A DNA stretch of 64,000 bases from Squalus acanthias (Eukaryota): contig CM059438.1 in assembly GCA_030390025.1 (NCBI GenBank), positions 54,686,001-54,750,000 on the forward strand, read 5' to 3'. The notes under the pieces are model-generated. The model worked only from the letters and a program-made list of their open reading frames with translations, made no database searches and was not told where the DNA came from. Positions 15,101 through 29,214 of this stretch are shown here, piece by piece. Position 1 is the first letter of the stretch, and each line of letters opens with the position of its first letter. The position numbers and the translations under genes were made by a program.

Positions 15101-18100
15101 CAGGACAGGACAGGACAATTTGAATATGAAGTTACCACCACTCACAGGACTGGACAGGACAAAACAATTTGCATATGAAGTTACCACCACTCACAGGACA
15201 GGACAGGACAGGATAATTTGCATATGAAGTTACCATCATTCAAAGGACAGGACAGGACAGGACAATTTGCATATGAAGTTACCACCACTCACAGGACAGG
15301 ACAGGACAGGACAATTTGCATATGAAGTTACCACCACTCACAGGACAGGACAGGACAGGACAATTTGCATATGAAGTTACCACCACTCACAGGACAGGAC
15401 ACGACAGGACAGGACAATTTGCATATGAAGTTACCACCACTCACAGGACAGGACAATTTGCATATGAAGTTACCACCACTCAAAGGACAGGACAGGACAG
15501 GACAATTTGCATATGAAGTTACCACCACGCACAGGACAGAACAGGACAATTTGCATATGAAGTTCCCACCACTCACAGGACAGGACAGGACAGGACAATT
15601 TGCATATGAAGTTACCACCACGCACAGGACAGAACAGGACAATTTGCATATGAAGTTCCCACCACTCACAGGACAGGACAGGACAGGACAATTTGCATAT
15701 GAAGTTACCACCACTCACAGGACAGGACAGGACAGGACAATTTGAATATGAAGTTACCACCACTCACAGGACTGGACAGGACAAAACAATTTGCATATGA
15801 AGTTACCACCACTCACAGGACAGGACAGGACAGGATAATTTGCATATGAAGTTACCATCATTCAAAGGACAGGACAGGACAGGACAATTTGCATATGAAG
15901 TTACCACCACTCACAGGACAGGACAGGACAGGACAGGACAATTTGCAGAGGAAGTTAGCACCACTCACAGGACAGGACAGGACAGGACAATTTGCATATG
16001 AAGTTACCACCACTCAAAGGACAGGACAGGACAGGACAGGACAATTTGCATATGAAGTTACCACCACTCAAAGGACAGGACAGGACTGGACAATTTGCAT
16101 ATGAAGTTACGGACAGGACAATTTGCATATGAAGTTACCACCACTCACAGGACAGGACAGGACAGGACAATTTGCATATGAAGTTACCACCACTCACAGG
16201 ACAGGATAATTTGCATATGAAGTTACCATCATTCAAAGGACAGGACAGGACAGGACAATTTGCATATGAAGTTACCACCACTCACAGGACAGGACAGGAC
16301 AGGACAATTGGCATCTGAAGTTACCACCACTCACAGGACAGGACAGGACAGGACAGGACAATTTGCATATGAAGTTACCACCACTCACAGGACAGGACAG
16401 GACAGGACAATTTGCATATGAAGTTACCACCACTCACAGGACAGGACAGGACAGGACAATTTGCATATGAAGTTACCACCACTCACAGGACAGGACAGGA
16501 CAGGACAGGATAATTTGCATATGAAGTTACCACCACTCAAAGGACAGGACAGGACAGGACAGGACAATTTGCATATGAAGTTACCACCACTCAAAGGACA
16601 GGACAGGACAGGATAATTTGCATATGAAGTTACCATCATTCAAAGGACAGGACAGGACAGGACAATTTGCATATGAAGTTACCATCATTCAAAGGACAGG
16701 ACAGGACAGGACAATTTGCATATGAAGTTACCACCACTCACAGGACAGGACAGGACAGGACAATTTGCATATGAAGTTACCACCACTCACAGGACAGGAC
16801 AGGACAGGACAGGACAATTTGCAGAGGAAGTTAGCACCACTCACAGGACAGGACAGGACAGGACAATTTGCATATGAAGTTACCACCACTCAAAGGACAG
16901 GACAGGACAGGACAGGACAATTTGCATATGAAGTTACCACCACTCAAAGGACAGGACAGGACTGGACAATTTGCATATGAAGTTACGGACAGGACAATTT
17001 GCATATGAAGTTACCACCACTCACAGGACAGGACAGGACAGGACAATTTGCATATGAAGTTACCACCACTCACAGGACAGGATAATTTGCATATGAAGTT
17101 ACCATCATTCAAAGGACAGGACAGGACAGGACAATTTGCATATGAAGTTACGACCACTCACAGGACAGGACAGGACAGGACAATTGGCATCTGAAGTTAC
17201 CACCACTCACAGGACAGGACAGGACAGGACAGGACAATTTGCATATGAAGTTACCACCACTCACAGGACAGGACAGGACAGGACAATTTGCATATGAAGT
17301 TACCACCACTCACAGGACAGGACAGGACAGGACAATTTGCATATGAAGTTACCACCACTCACAGGACAGGACAGGACAGGACAGGATAATTTGCATATGA
17401 AGTTACCACCACTCAAAGGACAGGACAGGACAGGACAGGACAATTTGCATATGAAGTTACCACCACTCAAAGGACAGGACAGGACAGGACAGGACAATTT
17501 GCATATGAAGTTACCACCACTCACAGGACAGGACAGGACAGGACAATTTGCATATGAAGTTACCACCACTCACAGGACAGGACAGGACAGGACAATTTGC
17601 ATATGAAGTTACCACCACTCACAGGACAGGACAGGACAGGACAATTTGCATATGAAGTTACCACCACTCACAGGACAGGACAGGACAGGACAATTTGCAT
17701 ATGAAGTTACCACCACTCACAGGACAGGACACGACAGGACAGGACAATTTGCATATGAAGTTAACACCACGCACAGGACATAACAGGACAATTTGCATAT
17801 GAAGTTACCACCACTCACAGGACAGGACAGGACAGGACAATTTGCATATGAAGTTACCACCACTCACAGGACAGGACAGAACAGGACAGGATAATTTGCA
17901 TATGAAGTTACCACCACTCAAAGGACAGGACAGGACAGGACAATTTGCATATGAAGTTACCACCACTCACAGGACAGGACAGGACCGGACAATTTGCATA
18001 TGAAGTTACCACCACTCAAAGGACAGGACAGGACAATTTGCATATGAAGTTACCACCACTCAAAGGACAGGACAGGACAGGACAGGACAATTTGCATATG

Positions 18101-21100
18101 AAGTTACCACCACTCACAGGACAGGAGAGGACAGGACAATTTGCATATGAAGTTACCACCACTCACAGGACAGAACAGGACAATTTGCATATGAAGTTAC
18201 CACCACTCACAGGACAGGACAGGACCGGACAATTTGCATATGAAGTTACCACCACTCAAAGGACAGGGCAGGACAATTTGCATATGAAGTTACCACCACT
18301 CACAGGACAGGACAGGACAGGACAATTTGCATATGAAGTTACCACCACTCAAAGGACAGGACAGGACAGGGCAGGACAATTTGCATATGAAGTTACCACC
18401 ACTCACAGGACAGGAGAATTTGCATATAAAGTTACCACCACTCACAGGACAGGACAGGACAGGACAATTTGCATATGAAGTTACCACCACTCACAGGACA
18501 GGACAGGACAGGACAATTTGCATATGAAGTTACCACCACTCACAGGACAGGACAGGACAGGACAATTTGCATATGAAGTTACCACCACTCACAGGACAGG
18601 ACAGGACAGGACAATTTGCATTTGAAGTTACCACCACTCACAGGATAGGACAGGACAGGACCGTATAATTTGCATATGAAGTTACCACCACTCACAGGAC
18701 AGGACAGGACAATTTGCATATGAAGTTACCACCACTCACAGGACAGGAGAATTTGCATATGAAGTTACCACCACTCACAGGACAGGACAGGACAGGACAA
18801 TTTGCATATTAAGTTACCACCACTCAAAGGACAGGACAGGACAATTTGCATATGAAGTTACCACCACTCACAGGACAGGACAGGACAGGACAATTTGCAT
18901 ATGAAGTTACCACCACTCAAAGGACAGGACAGGACAGGGCAGGACAATTTGCATATGAAGTTACCACCACTCACAGGACAGGAGAATTTGCATATAAAGT
19001 TACCACCACTCACAGGACAGGACAGGACAGGACAATTTGCATATGAAGTTACCACCACTCACAGGACAGGACAGGACAGGACAATTTGCATATGAAGTTA
19101 CCACCACTCACAGGACAGGACACGACAGGACAGGACAATTTGCATATGAAGTTACCACCACGCACAGGACAGAACAGGACAATTTGCATTTGAAGTTACC
19201 ACCACTCACAGGATAGGACAGGATAATTTGCATATGAAGTTACCACCACTCAAAGGACAGGACAGGACAATTTGCATATGAAGTTACCACCACTCACAGG
19301 ACAGGACAGGACAGGACAATTTGCATATGAAGTTACCACCACTCAAAGGACAGGACAGGACAGGGCAGGACAATTTGCATATGAAGTTACCACCACTCAC
19401 AGGACAGGAGAATTTGCATATAAAGTTACCACCACTCACAGGACAGGACAGGACAATTTGCATATGAAGTTACCACCACTCACAGGACAGGAGAATTTGC
19501 ATATGAAGTTACCACCACTCACAGGACAGGACAGGACAGGACAATTTGCATATTAAGTTACCACCACTCAAAGGACAGGACAGGACAATTTGCATATGAA
19601 GTTACCACCACTCACAGGACAGGACAGGACAGGACAATTTGCATATGAAGTTACCACCACTCAAAGGACAGGACAGGACAGGGCAGGACAATTTGCATAT
19701 GAAGTTACCACCACTCACAGGACAGGAGAATTTGCATATAAAGTTACCACCACTCACAGGACAGGACAGGACAGGACAATTTGCATATGAAGTTACCATC
19801 ATTCACAGGACAGGACAGGACAGGATAATTTGCATATGAAGTTACCATCATTCAAAGGACAGGACAGGACAGGACAATTTGCATATGAAGTTACCACCAC
19901 TCACAGGACAGGACAGGACAGGACAATTTGAATATGAAGTTACCACCACTCACAGGACACGACAGGACAGGACAATTTGCATATGAAGTTACCACCACTC
20001 ACAGGACAGGACAATTTGCATATGAAGTTACCACCACTCAAAGGACAGGACAGGACAGGACAATTTGCATATGAAGTTACCACCACGCACAGGACAGAAC
20101 AGGACAATTTGCATATGAAGTTCCCACCACTCACAGGACAGGACAGGACAGGACAATTTGCATATGAAGTTACCACCACGCACAGGACAGAACAGGACAA
20201 TTTGCATATGAAGTTCCCACCACTCACAGGACAGGACAGGACAGGACAATTTGCATATGAAGTTACCACCACTCACAGGACTGGACAGGACAAAACAATT
20301 TGCATATGAAGTTACCACCACTCACAGGACAGGACAGGACAGGATAATTTGCATATGAAGTTACCATCATTCAAAGGACAGGACAGGACAGGACAATTTG
20401 CAGAGGAAGTTAGCACCACTCACAGGACAGGACAGGACAGGACAATTTGCATATGAAGTTACCACCACTCACAGGACAGGACAGGACAGGACAATTTGCA
20501 TATGAAGTTACCACCACTCACAGGACAGGACACGACAGGACAGGACAATTTGCATATGAAGTTACCACCACTCACAGGACAGGACAATTTGCATATGAAG
20601 TTACCACCACTCAAAGGACAGGACAGGACAGGACAATTTGCATATGAAGTTACCACCACGCACAGGACAGAACAGGACAATTTGCATATGAAGTTCCCAC
20701 CACTCACAGGACAGGACAGGACAGGACAATTTGCATATGAAGTTACCACCACGCACAGGACAGAACAGGACAATTTGCATATGAAGTTCCCACCACTCAC
20801 AGGACAGGACAGGACAGGACAATTTGCATATGAAGTTACCACCACTCACAGGACTGGACAGGACAAAACAATTTGCATATGAAGTTACCACCACTCACAG
20901 GACAGGACAGGACAGGATAATTTGCATATGAAGTTACCATCATTCAAAGGACAGGACAGGACAGGACAATTTGCAGAGGAAGTTAGCACCACTCACAGGA
21001 CAGGACAGGACAGGACAATTTGCATATGAAGTTACCACCACTCACAGGACAGGACAGGACAGGACAATTTGCATATGAAGTTACCACCACTCACAGGACA

Positions 21101-24100
21101 GGACACGACAGGACAGGACAATTTGCATATGAAGTTACCACCACTCACAGGACAGGACAATTTGCATATGAAGTTACCACCACTCAAAGGACAGGACAGG
21201 ACAGGACAATTTGCATATGAAGTTACCACCACGCACAGGACAGAACAGGACAATTTGCATATGAAGTTCCCACCACTCACAGGACAGGACAGGACAGGAC
21301 AATTTGCATATGAAGTTACCACCACGCACAGGACAGAACAGGACAATTTGCATATGAAGTTCCCACCACTCACAGGACAGGACAGGACAGGACAATTTGC
21401 ATATGAAGTTACCACCACTCACAGGACAGGACAGGACAGGACAATTTGAATATGAAGTTACCACCACTCACAGGACTGGACAGGACAAAACAATTTGCAT
21501 ATGAAGTTACCACCACTCACAGGACAGGACAGGACAGGATAATTTGCATATGAAGTTACCACCACTCACAGGACAGGATAATTTGCATATGAAGTTACCA
21601 TCATTCAAAGGACAGGACAGGACAGGACAATTTGCATATGAAGTTACCACCACTCACAGGACAGGACAGGACAGGACAATTGGCATCTGAAGTTACCACC
21701 ACTCACAGGACAGGACAGGACAGGACAGGACAATTTGCATATGAAGTTACCACCACTCACAGGACAGGACAGGACAGGACAATTTGCATATGAAGTTACC
21801 ACCACTCACAGGACAGGACAGGACAGGACAATTTGCATATGAAGTTACCACCACTCACAGGACAGGACAGGACAGGACAGGATAATTTGCATATGAAGTT
21901 ACCACCACTCAAAGGACAGGACAGGACAGGACAGGACAATTTGCATATGAAGTTACCACCACTCAAAGGACAGGACAGGACAGGACAGGACAATTTGCAT
22001 ATGAAGTTACCACCACTCACAGGACAGGACAGGACAGGACAATTTGCATATGAAGTTACCACCACTCACAGGACAGGACAGGACAGGACAATTTGCATAT
22101 GAAGTTACCACCACTCACAGGACAGGACAGGACAGGACAGGATAATTTGCATATGAAGTTACCACCACTCAAAGGACAGGACAGGACAGGACAGGACAAT
22201 TTGCATATGAAGTTACCACCACTCACAGGACAGGACAGGACAGGACAATTTGCATATGAAGTTACCACCACTCACAGGACAGGACAGGACAGGACAATTT
22301 GCATATGAAGTTACCACCACTCACAGGACAGGACACGACAGGACAGGACAATTTGCATATGAAGTTACCACCACGCACAGGACATAACAGGACAATTTGC
22401 ATATGAAGTTACCACCACTCACAGGACAGGACAGGACAGGACAATTTGCATATGAAGTTACCACCACTCACAGGACAGGACAGAACAGGACAGGATAATT
22501 TGCATATGAAGTTACCACCACTCAAAGGACAGGACAGGACAGGACAATTTGCATATGAAGTTACCACCACTCACAGGACAGGACAGGACCGGACAATTTG
22601 CATATGAAGTTACCACCACTCAAAGGACAGGACAGGACAATTTGCATATGAAGTTACCACCACTCAAAGGACAGGACAGGACAGGACAGGACAATTTGCA
22701 TATGAAGTTACCACCACTCACAGGACAGTACAGGACCGGACAATTTGCATATGAAGTTACCACCACTCAAAGGACAGGACAGGACAATTTGCATATGAAG
22801 TTACCACCACTCAAAGGACAGGGCAGGACAATTTGCATATGAAGTTACCACCACTCACAGGACAGGACAGGACAGGACAATTTGTAAATGAAGTTACCAC
22901 CACTCACAGGACAGGACAATTTGCATATGAAGTTACCACCACTCACAGGACAGGAGAGGACAATTTCCATATGAAGTTCTCACCACTCACAGGACAGGAC
23001 AGGACAATTTGCATATGAAGTTCTCACCACTCACAGGACAGGACAGGACAGGACAATTTGCATATGAAGTTACCACCACTCACAGGACAGGAGAGGACAG
23101 GACAATTTGCATATGAAGTTACCACCACTCACAGGACAGAACAGGACAATTTGCATATGAAGTTACCACCACTCACAGGACAGGACAGGACCGGACAATT
23201 TGCATATGAAGTTACCACCACTCAAAGGACAGGGCAGGACAATTTGCATATGAAGTTACCACCACTCACAGGACACGACAGGACAGGACAATTTGCATAT
23301 GAAGTTACCACCACGCACAGGACAGAACAGGACAATTTGCATTTGAAGTTACCACCACTCACAGGATAGGACAGGATAATTTGCATATGAAGTTACCACC
23401 ACTCAAAGGACAGGACAGGACAATTTGCATATGAAGTTACCACCACTCACAGGACAGGACAGGACAGGACAATTTGCATATGAAGTTACCACCACTCAAA
23501 GGACAGGACAGGACAGGGCAGGACAATTTGCATATGAAGTTACCACCACTCACAGGACAGGAGAATTTGCATATAAAGTTACCACCACTCACAGGACAGG
23601 ACAGGACAGGACAATTTGCATTTGAAGTTACCACCACTCACAGGATAGGACAGGACAGGACCGTATAATTTGCATATGAAGTTACCACCACTCACAGGAC
23701 AGGACAGGACAATTTGCATATGAAGTTACCACCACTCACAGGACAGGAGAATTTGCATATGAAGTTACCACCACTCACAGGACAGGACAGGACAGGACAA
23801 TTTGCATATGAAGTTACCACCACTCAAAGGACAGGACAGGACAGGGCAGGACAATTTGCATATGAAGTTACCACCACTCACAGGACAGGAGAATTTGCAT
23901 ATAAAGTTACCACCACTCACAGGACAGGACAGGACAGGACAATTTGCATATGAAGTTACCACCACTCACAGGACAGGACAGGACAGGACAATTTGCATAT
24001 GAAGTTACCACCACTCACAGGACAGGACACGACAGGACAGGACAATTTGCATATGAAGTTACCACCACGCACAGGACAGAACAGGACAATTTGCATTTGA

Positions 24101-27100
24101 AGTTACCACCACTCACAGGATAGGACAGGATAATTTGCATATGAAGTTACCACCACTCAAAGGACAGGACAGGACAATTTGCATATGAAGTTACCACCAC
24201 TCACAGGACAGGACAGGACAGGACAATTTGCATATGAAGTTACCACCACTCAAAGGACAGGACAGGACAGGGCAGGACAATTTGCATATGAAGTTACCAC
24301 CACTCACAGGACAGGAGAATTTGCATATAAAGTTACCACCACTCACAGGACAGGACAGGACAGGACAATTTGCATTTGAAGTTACCACCACTCACAGGAT
24401 AGGACAGGACAGGACCGTATAATTTGCATATGAAGTTACCACCACTCACAGGACAGGACAGGACAATTTGCATATGAAGTTACCACCACTCACAGGACAG
24501 GAGAATTTGCATATGAAGTTACCACCACTCACAGGACAGGACAGGACAGGACAATTTGCATATTAAGTTACCACCACTCAAAGGACAGGACAGGACAATT
24601 TGCATATGAAGTTACCACCACTCACAGGACAGGACAGGACAGGACAATTTGCATATGAAGTTACCACCACTCAAAGGACAGGACAGGACAGGGCAGGACA
24701 ATTTGCATATGAAGTTACCACCACTCACAGGACAGGAGAATTTGCATATAAAGTTACCACCACTCACAGGACAGGACAGGACAGGACAATTTGCATATGA
24801 AGTTACCACCACTCACAGGACAGGACAGGACAGGACAATTTGCATATGAAGTTACCACCACTCACAGGACAGGACACGACAGGACAGGACAATTTGCATA
24901 TGAAGTTACCACCACGCACAGGACAGAACAGGACAATTTGCATTTGAAGTTACCACCACTCACAGGATAGGACAGGACAGGACCGTATAATTTGCATATG
25001 AAGTTACCACCACTCACAGGACAGGACAGGACAATTTGCATATGAAGTTACCACCACTCACAGGACAGGAGAATTTGCATATGAAGTTACCACCACTCAC
25101 AGGACAGGACAGGACAATTTGCATATTAAGTTACCACCACTCAAAGGACAGGACAGGACAATTTGCATATGAAGTTACCACCACTCACAGGACAGGACAC
25201 GACAGGACGGGAGAATTTGCATATGAAGTTACCACCACTCACAGGACAGGACAGGACAGGACAATTTGCATATGAAGTTACCACCACTCACAGGACAGGA
25301 CAGGACAGGACAATTTGCATATGAAGTTACCACCACTCACAGGACAGGACACGACAGGCCAGGACAATTTGCATATGAAGTTACCACCACGCACAGGACA
25401 GAACAGGACAATTTGCATACGAAGTTACCACCACTCACAGGACAGGACAGGACAGGACAATTTGCATATGAAGTTACCACCACTCACAGGACAGGACAGG
25501 ACAGGACAATTTGCATATGAAGTTACCACCACTCACAGGACAGGATAATTTGCATATGACGTTACCATCATTCAAAGGACAGGACAGGACAGGACAATTT
25601 GCATATGAAGTTACCACCACTCACAGGACAGGACAGGACAGGACAATTTGCATATGAAGTTACCACCACTCACAGGACAGGATAATTTGCATATGACGTT
25701 ACCATCATTCAAAGGACAGGACAGGACAGGACAATTTGCATATGAAGTTACCACCACTCAAAGGACAGGACAGGACAATTTGCATATGAAGTTACCACCA
25801 CTCAAAGGACAGGACAGGACAGGATAATTTGCATATGAAGTTACCACCACTCAAAGGACAGGACAGGACAGGACAATTTGCATATGAAGTTACCACCACT
25901 CAAAGGACAGGACAGGACAATTTGCATATGAAGTTACCACCACTCACAGGACTGGACAGGAAAATTTGCATATGAAGTTACCACCACTCACAGGACAGAA
26001 CAGGACAGGACAATTTGCATATGAAGTTACCACCACTCACAGGACAGGACAGGACAGGACAATTTGCATTTGAAGTTACCACCACTCACAGGACAGGACA
26101 GGACAGGACAATTTGCATATGAAGTTACCACCACTCACAGGACAGGACAGGACAGGATAATTTGCATATGAAGTTACCACCACTCACAGGACAGGACAGG
26201 ACAGGATAATTTGCATATGAAGTTACCACCACTCAAAGGACAGGACAGGACAGGACAATTTGCATATGAAGTTACCACCACTCAAAGGACAGGACAGGAC
26301 AGGACAATTTGCATATGAATTTACCACCACTCAAAGGACAGGACAGGACACGACAATTTGCATTTGAAGTTACCACCACTCAAAGGACAGGACAGGACAG
26401 GACAATTTGCATATGAAGTTACCACCACTCAAAGGAGAGGACAGGACAGGAAAATTTGCATATGATGTTACCACCACTCACAGGACAGGACAGGCCAGGA
26501 TAATTTGCATATGAAGTTACCACCATTGAAAGGAGAGGACATGCCAATTTGCATATGAAGTTACCACCACTCAAAGGACAGGACAGGACAGGATAATTTG
26601 CATATGAAGTTACCACCACTCAAAGGACAGGACAGGACAATTTGCATATGAAGTTACCACCACTCAAAGGACAGGACAGGACAGGATAATTTGCATATGA
26701 AGTTACCACCACTCAAAGGACAGGACAGGACAGGACAATTTGCATATGAAGTTACCACCACTCAAAGGACAGGACAGGACAGGACAATTTGCATATGAAG
26801 TTACCACCACTCAAAGGACAGGACAGGACAATTTGCATATGAAGTTACCACCACTCACAGGACAGGACAGGACAATTTGCATATGAAGTTACCACCACTC
26901 ACAGGACAGGACAGGATAATTTGCATATGAAGTTACCACCACTCAAAGGACAGGACAGGACAGGACAATTTGCATATGAAGTTACCACCACTCAAAGGAC
27001 AGGACAGGACAATTTGCATATGAAGTTACCACCACTCACAGGACAGGACAGGACAATTTGCATATGAAGTTACCACCACTCAAAGGACAGGACAGGACAG

Positions 27101-28288
27101 GAAAATTTGCATATGAAGTTACCACCACTCAAAGGACAGGACAGGACAGGACAATTTGCATATGAAGTTACCACCACTCAAAGGACAGGACAGGACAGGA
27201 CAATTTGCATATGAAGTTACCACCACTCAAAGGACAGGACAGGACAATTTGCATATGAAGTTACCACCACTCACAGGACAGGACAGGACAATTTGCATAT
27301 GAAGTTACCACCACTCACAGGACAGGACAGGACAATTTGCATATGAAGTTACCACCACTCACAGGACAGGACAGGACAATTTGCATATGAAGTTACCACC
27401 ACTCACAGGACAGAACAGGACAGGACAATTTGCATATGAAGTTACCACCACTCACAGGACAGGACAGGACAGGACAATTTGCATTTGAAGTTACCACCAC
27501 TCACAGGACAGGACAGGACAGGACAATTTGCATATGAAGTTACCACCACTCACAGGACAGGACAGGACAGGACAATTTGCATATGAAGTTACCACCACTC
27601 ACAGGACAGGACAGGACAGGATAATTTGCATATGAAGTTACCACCACTCACAGGACAGGACAGGACAGGACAATTTGCATATGAAGTTACCACCACTCAC
27701 AGGACAGGATAATTTGCATATGAAGTTACCACCACTCAAAGGACAGGACAGGACAGGACAATTTGCATATGAAGTTACCACCACTCAAAGGACAGGACAG
27801 GACAGGACAATTTGCATATGAATTTACCACCACTCAAAGGACAGGACAGGACAGGACAATTTGCATTTGAAGTTACCACCACTCAAAGGACAGGACAGGA
27901 CAGGACAATTTGCATATGAAGTTACCACCACTCAAAGGAGAGGACAGGACAGGAAAATTTGCATATGATGTTACCACCACTCACAGGACAGGACAGGCCA
28001 GGATAATTTCCATATGAAGTTACCACCATTGAAAGGAGAGGACATGCCAATTTGCATATGAAGTTACCACCACTCACAGGACAGGATAATTTGCATATGA
28101 AGTTACCATCATTCAAAGGACAGGACAGGACAGGATAATTTGCATATGAAGTTACCACCACTCAAAGGAGAGGACAGGACAATTTGCATATGAAGTTACC
28201 ACCACTCAAAGGAGAGGACAGGACAATTTGCATATGAAGTTACCACCACTCAAAGGAGAGGACAGGACAATTTGCATATGAAGTTACC
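3176..28288. repeat. ~25 kb complex satellite: AATTTGCATATGAAGTTACCACCACTCAC + (AGGAC)2-5; units 39/44/49/54 bp, roughly 500 copies, with higher-order repeats
   Basis: Directly visible tandem array; recurring offsets of identical ORF-track entries reveal higher-order duplications. Confidence 0.99.
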
Positions 28289-28306
28289 AGCTGGTAAGTG
28301 AGCCAC
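28288..28306 (-). CDS. Candidate 19-nt micro-exon of the host gene ((R)WLTYQL)
   Basis: Minus strand reads ttatattttctaaacgaAG|GTGGCTCACTTACCAGCTG|GTaact. It is phase-compatible with the exon ending at 34972 and has no stop, but it is short enough to be chance. Confidence 0.3.
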
Positions 28307-28428
28307 CTTCGTTTAGAAAATATAATGGCATTTTAGAGAGACAAATCCCCAGGACCTCATGGTTTCCACTCCTGGTTTCAAAGTAAGTAGGTGAGGAAAT
28401 TGCAGTTGCTTTAGCCATAATCATCCAA

Positions 28429-28530
28429 CTCTTTTATTCAAAAACAATAATACCTGTACAACTCATCAATTACATAGTAAATCCATTACATTCATCCATC
28501 ACAGTAAAAACTAAAGCCTTAAAAACAGCC
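28429..28530 (-). mobile_element. 102-bp retroposed 3' fragment flanked by an 18-bp TSD
   Basis: TTAGCCATAATCATCCAA occurs at 28411-28428 and 28531-28548; the insert ends in AATAAA on the minus strand. Confidence 0.6.
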
Positions 28531-29214
28531 TTAGCCATAATCATCCAAAGCTCTCTCAATTCAGGAATTGTCCCTTGTGTGAGATCATCTATTTTGGACC
28601 AAAAGGATAGATCCGAGTATTTTTTTAAATGCTGCAAAAGCTAGGAGTAGTGGAGGCCCAAAGAGATTTAGGGGTCCATGTGCACAGATCACTACAAGGT
28701 AGTGGTCAAGTTCAAAAAATACTCAAAAAGGCTATATCTTAGAGGGCTGCAATATAAAGGGGAGGAAGTTTCGCTACAGCTATTCAAAGCCCTGGTTAGA
28801 CCATATCTGCAGTACTGTGTACAGTTCTGGTCACCGCACCTTAGAAAGGATATATTGGCCTTGAAAGGAGTACAGCGCAGATTCCTCAGAATGTTATCAG
28901 GGCTCCATGGATTAAATTATGAGGAGAGATTAATAAACTGGGCTTGTGTTCCTGGAATATAGAAGGTTAAGGGGTGATTTGATCAGGTTTTTAGGATTTT
29001 GGAAGGAATTGATAGGGTAGATATAGAGAAACTTTTTCTGCTGGTGGGGAGTCTTGGACAAGGGGACATAACTTTAAAATCAGGAGAGAAGTTAGGAAAC
29101 ACTTCTTCACGCAACGGCTACTGGAAGCGTGGAACTCTCTCCCACAAAAAGCAGTAGATGCTAGCTTAATTCATAATTTTGAATCTGAGATTGATAGATT
29201 TTTACTAACAAAGG

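Noticed and set aside
3160..28161. Dozens of short ORFs (MHMKLPPLTGQDRT..., MVVTSYANCPVLSC...)
   Set aside because: They are translations of the satellite; unit lengths shift frame and stops are frequent.
3176..28288. CRISPR-like array (constant 29-bp repeat separated by variable segments)
   Set aside because: The 'spacers' are only (AGGAC)n, not unique sequences; there are no cas genes and the context is eukaryotic.
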